Shown here: in pieces, positions 58,395 through 64,000 of the stretch | How positions within the stretch are numbered: the stretch's first letter is position 1 | How the letters are laid out: each line of letters opens with the position of its first letter | Notes under the pieces: generated by a model | Told to the model about the DNA's origin: nothing | Database searches by the model: none | Seen by the model: the letters and a program-made list of their open reading frames with translations, nothing else | Program-made: the position numbers and the translations under genes | DNA from: Spirochaetia bacterium | GTDB taxonomy: Bacteria > Spirochaetota > Spirochaetia > DSM-2461 | Length of the DNA stretch: 64,000 nt | Direction: 5' to 3' | Assembly (NCBI GenBank): GCA_963666985.2 | Contig: CAXXIA010000002.1 | Location: forward strand, 96,001-160,000

Positions 58395-58619
58395 TGTATG
58401 AATATCTCCTCCAAAAGAATTTCCATAGGAGAATCAATTCATAAAAAATCGAATTAATCACACGGTTCACGGCGTTAATGTCGATTAAACCTTCTTTGCC
58501 GCGCCGAAACGAATTTATTTTTCGGATTCCTACGGGAGCGTAGGAATCCACGGATCATCATCCGCTATAAGTGACTAAAAAGAAATGTGGATTCCCCAAT
58601 AAACGCACTAAGGCTCGGT

Positions 58620-60341
58620 TCAATAAACCGCCGTAGGCCGGGGAACAGGCCAAAGACTTTCATAACTCATTAAATTCCCGGTGGCTTCTTCATACGCCCC
58701 CTGAAGACTGTAATGATCGGACGGGATTGCCGGGCGCGAAGAAGGCTGCGTGGGCCCCGAGGAACGGATTCCGCGGGAGAAGGCGATATGATGATTATCC
58801 AAACCGCCGAAATAAAAATCGGCCGGACTTTGAATTTCCGTCTCTTCCGAGACTTCCGGAGCCTCATCATGACTCTTCGCGAAGTTCTCTGCGGCGCCGT
58901 CGCCGAGAGCCGGATCAACGGGCACCCATCCGAGTCCCTCAATCCAAACCTCGGCCCACCACCATTTCCTCGAATTGCCTTCGGCATCCATCAGGCAGCC
59001 TCCCACGGGCCGCGAAGGAACGCCGGCAGCCCGGGCTAAAGAACAAAAAAGAAAGCTGTAGCCTTCGCTGTCGGCGAGTTTGCTGGAAATGTAGTCGGAA
59101 ACAACCCGTGTCGGAGGATCGTCGCTCCAATCCAAGAGAGCGGCGACATAATCGTAAACGGCCCGGGATTTCAGCCAGTCGTTTCTGATATTTCCGACAA
59201 CGCGGGAAGCAACCCGGGCGACCGTTTCCGGCTTAATTTGGGAATCGGAGGCTAAAGCGGCCGCGATATCGGGATTCGACGGATCATAGGGCTCCAAGGC
59301 ATCGATGTTAACCGAAGCGCGAACACGGTCGACGGTAACAACAAGCTGACGCGATATGGTCCGAATCTCTTCCGGCTTAAGTTCCTCCAGGCGATAAAGG
59401 GAAAGACCGTCGGTTTCATGGATGAATTCAACGTCCTTTTCTTTTTCATTCCACTCACCGGCACTCATGTTCGGGCCGCTCAATTCCGGCGATTCGAGGA
59501 CAAGAGCCTCACCCTGCCCCGCTCCGGCCTCGGGTATCGGTATGTACATGTAAAGAGTATTCCCGGGGAAAGATCCGATTCTGCGAACGGAGACTTCTTG
59601 CCTTAGGGACCAGGTTACAGGATTATCTTTTATGAAGAATCCGGCTTCATCGGTAATATCGAATGATACGGGATTGCTGAAAGAACCGCCTTTACGGATG
59701 TAAATATTCCCCGTAGCGGCATTCTCCGGGATTCGGAAGCTGACGGCATCATCCGCCCACCTTTCAACCGATTGGATTTCCAAGTACTTTCCGACATCGG
59801 GCGGTTCGGAACCCACGGGCGCATCCGGATCGGAACGATTCACCAAAATCGCACCGCCGCCTCTTCTGCCGCCGAATCCCTCACCCCGCAGGGTTACCAA
59901 AGTCCCGGCGGCTCCCTCTTGCGGTTCGGCATACTCAACATAGGGAGCACCCGGGAGCCAGGAGCCGTATTCGACGCGAGGAAAACGGTTCGCGTCTCCG
60001 AGAACAACCCCCTCGGAAAGACCGGAGCGGGTTTTAACCTTTACAAGTATGGCTCCGTCGTTCCGGGGAACTCTGGCGAGAATGCGATTGTCGCTCCACT
60101 CCAGGAGGCCCGTCGAAGTCAGGGCATGAGAGCCGATAAAGAGTTTGGAACCGTCGCTTTCATTACCGAAATGCTCTCCCAGTATTTCAAGCTTGTCGCC
60201 GGATGACGCGGAGATTCTGTCCAATTCCCGAATAACGGGTTTCCGCTGATATCGAAAGAACAGGATAAAAAAAACGGCCAAAGCCGCTCCGAAGAGAATC
60301 GCGGGCAGCCATCTGAGAATCGCCTTTACGGAAAGTCCCAC
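58620..60341 (-). CDS. Membrane-anchored IPT/TIG-domain protein with a degenerate transglutaminase-like domain
   Basis: N-terminal TM; GDKLEILGEHFG...WSDNRI and GTLVTLRGEGFG...WADDAV; LFCSLARAAGVPSRPVGG...WWWAEVWIEGLGWVPVDP. GTG start inferred. Confidence 0.85.
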   Translation of the reverse strand: MGLSVKAILRWLPAILFGAALAVFFILFFRYQRKPVIRELDRISASSGDKLEILGEHFGNESDGSKLFIGSHALTSTGLLEWSDNRILARVPRNDGAILVKVKTRSGLSEGVVLGDANRFPRVEYGSWLPGAPYVEYAEPQEGAAGTLVTLRGEGFGGRRGGGAILVNRSDPDAPVGSEPPDVGKYLEIQSVERWADDAVSFRIPENAATGNIYIRKGGSFSNPVSFDITDEAGFFIKDNPVTWSLRQEVSVRRIGSFPGNTLYMYIPIPEAGAGQGEALVLESPELSGPNMSAGEWNEKEKDVEFIHETDGLSLYRLEELKPEEIRTISRQLVVTVDRVRASVNIDALEPYDPSNPDIAAALASDSQIKPETVARVASRVVGNIRNDWLKSRAVYDYVAALLDWSDDPPTRVVSDYISSKLADSEGYSFLFCSLARAAGVPSRPVGGCLMDAEGNSRKWWWAEVWIEGLGWVPVDPALGDGAAENFAKSHDEAPEVSEETEIQSPADFYFGGLDNHHIAFSRGIRSSGPTQPSSRPAIPSDHYSLQGAYEEATGNLMSYESLWPVPRPTAVY

Positions 60342-60345
60342 GAAG

Positions 60346-60939
60346 TCAGTCGCCCGCCGCCGACAAATCAAAAAGCGCCGAAGTTTCCAATGAGGATTCC
60401 AAGGTTGCCCTGGCATCATCATCCAGGGTTTCAAGATAAGGCACGACATCGATCGTCATGCGTATTTCAACACTGTTATCGGTCATAGGATCCGCCCGTC
60501 CCAACGGATAATAATACACCTCGTCCCGATACTCTATTCTCATGCTGGAAAGGTCGTTGGAATAGCCGTCCTTTGTCCGGGTTTCACTCTTGGCTACAAG
60601 GAAAAGGGAATCATCGTCCAGGGGATAAAGCGTAAAATGCACCTCAAGCTGCGAATCGTATCCTTCAAGACCGACGGTAATCGCCCGGCCCGGGATGGTA
60701 ATTTTCCGAACCGTCGTCGTCCAAGGCTCCGCGTCGCTTTCCGGCACCTCAACAACGACATCGCAATGAAAAAGCAGAGCGTCGGCAAGGAGTTTGGCGG
60801 CGGCAAGGCCGAGGTTTTCATCCTCCGCGGCATCTTGAGCCTGTACGGGAACATTAAGAAGCAGCGCCATCAACAGTGCGAATACGGTCTCGGCAAAGAA
60901 TGGAATACGCCGAAAGATTCCGAATGCTTTTCCGCTCAA
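60346..60939 (-). CDS. Hypothetical exported protein in the ECF operon
   Basis: Signal peptide (VQA-QD), KITIPGRAI, YYYPLG; overlaps the anti-sigma stop. Confidence 0.75.
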   Translation of the reverse strand: MSGKAFGIFRRIPFFAETVFALLMALLLNVPVQAQDAAEDENLGLAAAKLLADALLFHCDVVVEVPESDAEPWTTTVRKITIPGRAITVGLEGYDSQLEVHFTLYPLDDDSLFLVAKSETRTKDGYSNDLSSMRIEYRDEVYYYPLGRADPMTDNSVEIRMTIDVVPYLETLDDDARATLESSLETSALFDLSAAGD

Positions 60940-61484
60940 GGGGCCCCCTTGAGAACCGCGGGACGAACCATTTGCGGTTCGCCGATACGCGAAAGAGGCA
61001 ATTCGGCGGGCAGTGTATGAATGGCTTCGCTCTTGGATGCATCGCCGCCTTCCAAAAGAGCAAGAAACTGATCCAAGTCTCCGGGAGTAATGGTGAACGA
61101 AACAACCGTCGGAACCTGAGTGCGGGATTCCAGAAGAACCACATCGGGCATTTTGCTCCTGCCGACGGGAACAAAATTAAAAATCACGGCCGCAAGAAAT
61201 AAGGCGGCCGCGGCCGCGGCAAGAGGAAGCGGCAGCGAAATTCGACGGGGCGTATTGAGTCGATGCACCCGTGAACGGCCCACATAGTCCCAAAATTCCT
61301 CCAGAGTCGGCGCTTCGTTCAATACGGCCGCGTCGGAGTTCAGAAAGATTCGCTGAGAGGCAAAAAGCTCCAGCGTGGCACGGCAGGCCGGACAGGAAGC
61401 TACATGCTCGGCCGTTTGAGCGGCACGATCATCGGAGAGTTCTCCATCGAAATACTCGGAAAGTGTTGATGCATCAGGGCACAT
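60936..61484 (-). CDS. Zinc-binding anti-sigma factor (zf-HC2/ZAS)
   Basis: MCPD..LSEYFDGEL...HVASCPAC, single TM helix; GGGGG RBS. Confidence 0.9.
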   Translation of the reverse strand: MCPDASTLSEYFDGELSDDRAAQTAEHVASCPACRATLELFASQRIFLNSDAAVLNEAPTLEEFWDYVGRSRVHRLNTPRRISLPLPLAAAAAALFLAAVIFNFVPVGRSKMPDVVLLESRTQVPTVVSFTITPGDLDQFLALLEGGDASKSEAIHTLPAELPLSRIGEPQMVRPAVLKGAP

Positions 61485-62004
61485 AGATATCCCCCTTGCT
61501 AAGGACATTGGACAGATGCTGCCGAGCCCTAAAAACTCGGATCTTAACATTATTCTCCGAAATATGAAGGATACGGGCAATATCGGCATACTGGTAACCG
61601 GCGTATTCCTTCAAAATCAGAGCCACCCTCAGCTTATACGGCACGGAAAGCAAAGCTTCCCGAACCTGTTGTTTTGATTCCTCCGTAAGGACAAGACTCT
61701 CACCGTCGTTTTCCGCGTTTTCCCTCGGCTGATGGGAATAGACGCGATACGCTTCACGCTCGCGTCCCTGGCGCTTTTCGTAATTAAACGCCAGATTTTT
61801 TACAACTCTGATAAGCCAAAAACGCGCTTCTTCTCCGACGGGAAGCTTATCCCTACGCTCATAATACCTTAAAAAAGCTTCTTGGCAGAGTTCTTCGGCC
61901 ACCTCCCTCCGCCCGCAAATGCGGAAGGCCACTCTCAGGAGATCCGAATAAAAAACGTCAAACAGTTCGGCAAACGCCGACTCTCGGAATTCTCCGTCAC
62001 TCAT
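61474..62004 (-). CDS. ECF RNA polymerase sigma factor
   Basis: AEELCQEAF, WLIRVVKNLAFN, LILKEYAGYQYADIARILHISENNVKIRVFRAR. Confidence 0.93.
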   Translation of the reverse strand: MSDGEFRESAFAELFDVFYSDLLRVAFRICGRREVAEELCQEAFLRYYERRDKLPVGEEARFWLIRVVKNLAFNYEKRQGREREAYRVYSHQPRENAENDGESLVLTEESKQQVREALLSVPYKLRVALILKEYAGYQYADIARILHISENNVKIRVFRARQHLSNVLSKGDIYVP

Positions 62005-62083
62005 GATAACAACCGAAAGCCGGAGACGTTACCGCAATTCCGCGAAGATTTTCCGATTACGCTCGACTCGTTCAAAATGAGGC

Positions 62084-63505
62084 TCACGCTTTCTCCAACC
62101 TCGCGCCGTCCGGTGTATCCACGACCTTCCATCCGAGAGAGGCCAATTCGTCGCGAACCTCATCCGCCGCGGCCCAATCCTTGTTTTCCCGGGCAATCCG
62201 GCGGCGTTCCAACAGCTCAGTGAGTCCCGTATCTTCCTCGGCCGCTTTATCCTCATCTCCCGCAAGATCGAAATCGAGTCCGAGCACGCCGTCCATGTCC
62301 AAAAGAGCCGCAAGCCGTTCGGCCGCGGGAATGTTCCCATCCTTTGCCAGCTGCCAGGCTTCGGCCAGGGCGCGCGGTGTATTCAAATCATCCGAGAGGG
62401 CCTCGTCAAACGCTTCCAGGTAGGCCCGGGCGGCTTCGCCCAAGTCATTGAGAGCCGTATCCGCATCTCCGACTTCACGCTTCAAAGCAGCCACGCGGCC
62501 GAGAAGAGAACGGCGGGCCGAACGGGCCCCGTCCAAAGATTCTGAGGAAAACACAAGCTGGGAGCGATAATGCCCTCCCAGGAGAAAATAGCGGTAATCC
62601 AGGGGATCATACCCGTCGTCAACAAGACTTTGGAGCGTGAGAAATCCGCCCTTGCTCTTGGACATCTTGCCGCCCTTCATAATCAAAAATTCATTATGAA
62701 GCCAGTAATTCACCCATTTTTTGCCGAAAGCCGCCTCGCTCTGGGCAATTTCGTTCGTATGATGAACCGGAATATGGTCAATACCGCCGGTATGAATGTC
62801 GAACTGTTCGCCCAGGTATTTGGAACTCATGGCCGAGCATTCCAGATGCCACCCCGGATAGCCCCTGCCCCACGGTGAATCCCAAATCATGGCCTGGTTT
62901 TCATACTTGCTGTTGGTGAACCACAAAACGAAATCCAGGGGATTTTTCTTATTCTCATCCACATCCACCCGGGCGCCGTGCTGCAGATCCTGCCTGTCGA
63001 GCAGAGCCATGCGGCCGTAGTCGGGCAGCTTCGCCGTATCGAAATACACATTCCCGCCTGAAAGATAGGTAAAGCCGTTTTCTTCCAAACGCTTGACCAA
63101 AGCGATCATGTCGCCGATGTGTTCGGTGGCCTTGCAGGCGATGGTGGGCCGGCGAATATTCAGACTTTCGGTATCGGAGAAAAAGGCCTTTGTAAAGAAC
63201 TCGGCGATTTCCCAGACGCTCATGCCGCGCTCGCGCGCGCCTTTGATCATCTTGTCCTCGCCCTCATCCCCGTCGTCGGTCAGATGCCCCACATCCGTGA
63301 TGTTCATCACATGGGTTACCGAATAACCGAAACGCTCGAGAATCCGGTCAAGAAAATCCCAATGCGTATAGGCCCTTAAGTTCCCGATATGCGCATAATT
63401 ATAAACGGTCGGTCCGCAGCTGTAGAAACCCACTTTGCCTTCTTCCATGGGAACAAAATCCTGCAGATGCCTGCCGTCGGAATTATAAAGACGAAGAGAT
63501 TTCAC
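62084..63505 (-). CDS. cysS: Cysteine--tRNA ligase
   Basis: CGPTVYNYAHIGN, GYPGWHLECSAM, GGIDHIPVHHTNEIAQ, KMSKS. Confidence 0.98.
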   Translation of the reverse strand: MKSLRLYNSDGRHLQDFVPMEEGKVGFYSCGPTVYNYAHIGNLRAYTHWDFLDRILERFGYSVTHVMNITDVGHLTDDGDEGEDKMIKGARERGMSVWEIAEFFTKAFFSDTESLNIRRPTIACKATEHIGDMIALVKRLEENGFTYLSGGNVYFDTAKLPDYGRMALLDRQDLQHGARVDVDENKKNPLDFVLWFTNSKYENQAMIWDSPWGRGYPGWHLECSAMSSKYLGEQFDIHTGGIDHIPVHHTNEIAQSEAAFGKKWVNYWLHNEFLIMKGGKMSKSKGGFLTLQSLVDDGYDPLDYRYFLLGGHYRSQLVFSSESLDGARSARRSLLGRVAALKREVGDADTALNDLGEAARAYLEAFDEALSDDLNTPRALAEAWQLAKDGNIPAAERLAALLDMDGVLGLDFDLAGDEDKAAEEDTGLTELLERRRIARENKDWAAADEVRDELASLGWKVVDTPDGARLEKA

Positions 63506-63545
63506 ATCAGTGCTCCGGTTGCGGTACCTGCGCCGCGGGAATAAG

Positions 63546-64000
63546 ATGGTTCACGTGCAGAAGAAACTACCCGAATCGGATGACATATTCAATATAGAGG
63601 GAATTTTCCTCGTCTCCGAACCCATGTGGCGTCATACCACTTTCGCCGTCGGAGGACCGGCCGATTATTACGCGGTTCCTTCCGGAGCGGAAGACCTCCG
63701 AACCCTGCTGATCAGTGCAAAGCGTTCCGCTCTGGATCTTTTCGTGCTCGGAGGCGGCTCCAACCTTCTGGTATCCGACCGGGGCATCCGCGGTTTGGTC
63801 ATCGATACCCGCCGCTTCGACGAATATCGCACCGAAAACGGCCTTTTGGTTCTGGGGGGCGGCCTATCCGTTTCCGACGCCGCCTGGAAGGCCGGCTCGG
63901 CCGGACTTAAGGGACTTGATTTCCTTTTCGGCATGCCCGGAAGCGTCGGCGGCGCCCTGTGGATGAACGCCCGTTGCTATGATGAGGAGATGGCCGACGT
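63546..64000 (+). CDS. murB: UDP-N-acetylenolpyruvoylglucosamine reductase, 5' part (not in the ORF track; runs off the window). Start is ATG 63546 or GTG 63555.
   Basis: Manual translation: EPMWRHTTFAVGGPAD, LGGGSNLLVSDRG, GMPGSVGGALWMNARCY. Confidence 0.95.
   Translation, partial: MVHVQKKLPESDDIFNIEGIFLVSEPMWRHTTFAVGGPADYYAVPSGAEDLRTLLISAKRSALDLFVLGGGSNLLVSDRGIRGLVIDTRRFDEYRTENGLLVLGGGLSVSDAAWKAGSAGLKGLDFLFGMPGSVGGALWMNARCYDEEMAD

Noticed and set aside
58395..58619. Purine riboswitch upstream of the NUP gene
   Set aside because: The conserved junction sequences were not found.

Overview
A chromosomal window with moderate GC content, most likely from an anaerobic Spirochaetales bacterium. 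Support is the murB/cysS/ECF-sigma/anti-sigma arrangement, a double-cNMP Crp-like protein and spirochaete-type lipoproteins; the taxonomy is inference. It holds about 55 CDS. Housekeeping genes are glnS, valS, cysS, glyA, murB, ettA, arfB, zwf and ilvE. Other content is an mglBAC sugar ABC transporter with a dedicated sensor binding protein and YesM/YesN-type two-component system, an ArsR-controlled metal permease, a LemA-TPM-TPM operon, a DsrE/DUF134/CoA-disulfide reductase-rhodanese/DUF5320 module and an ECF sigma operon ending in a catalytically degenerate transglutaminase-fold protein. I found no rRNA, tRNA, CRISPR array, transposase, integrase or phage gene. The best candidate for a poorly described system is at 19.8-25.5 kb: the nickel chaperones hypB and hypA sandwich a 921-aa Cys-rich Fe-S/flavin oxidoreductase, with no hydrogenase or urease gene in the window, and the operon shares a palindromic operator with the divergent TetR-DUF5692 unit. 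Other notable signals are a stand-alone tandem MshEN-like protein, recurrent leaderless-gene architecture and two structured intergenic tandem repeats, one with compensatory substitutions. All family calls come from motif recognition by eye; no searches were run.
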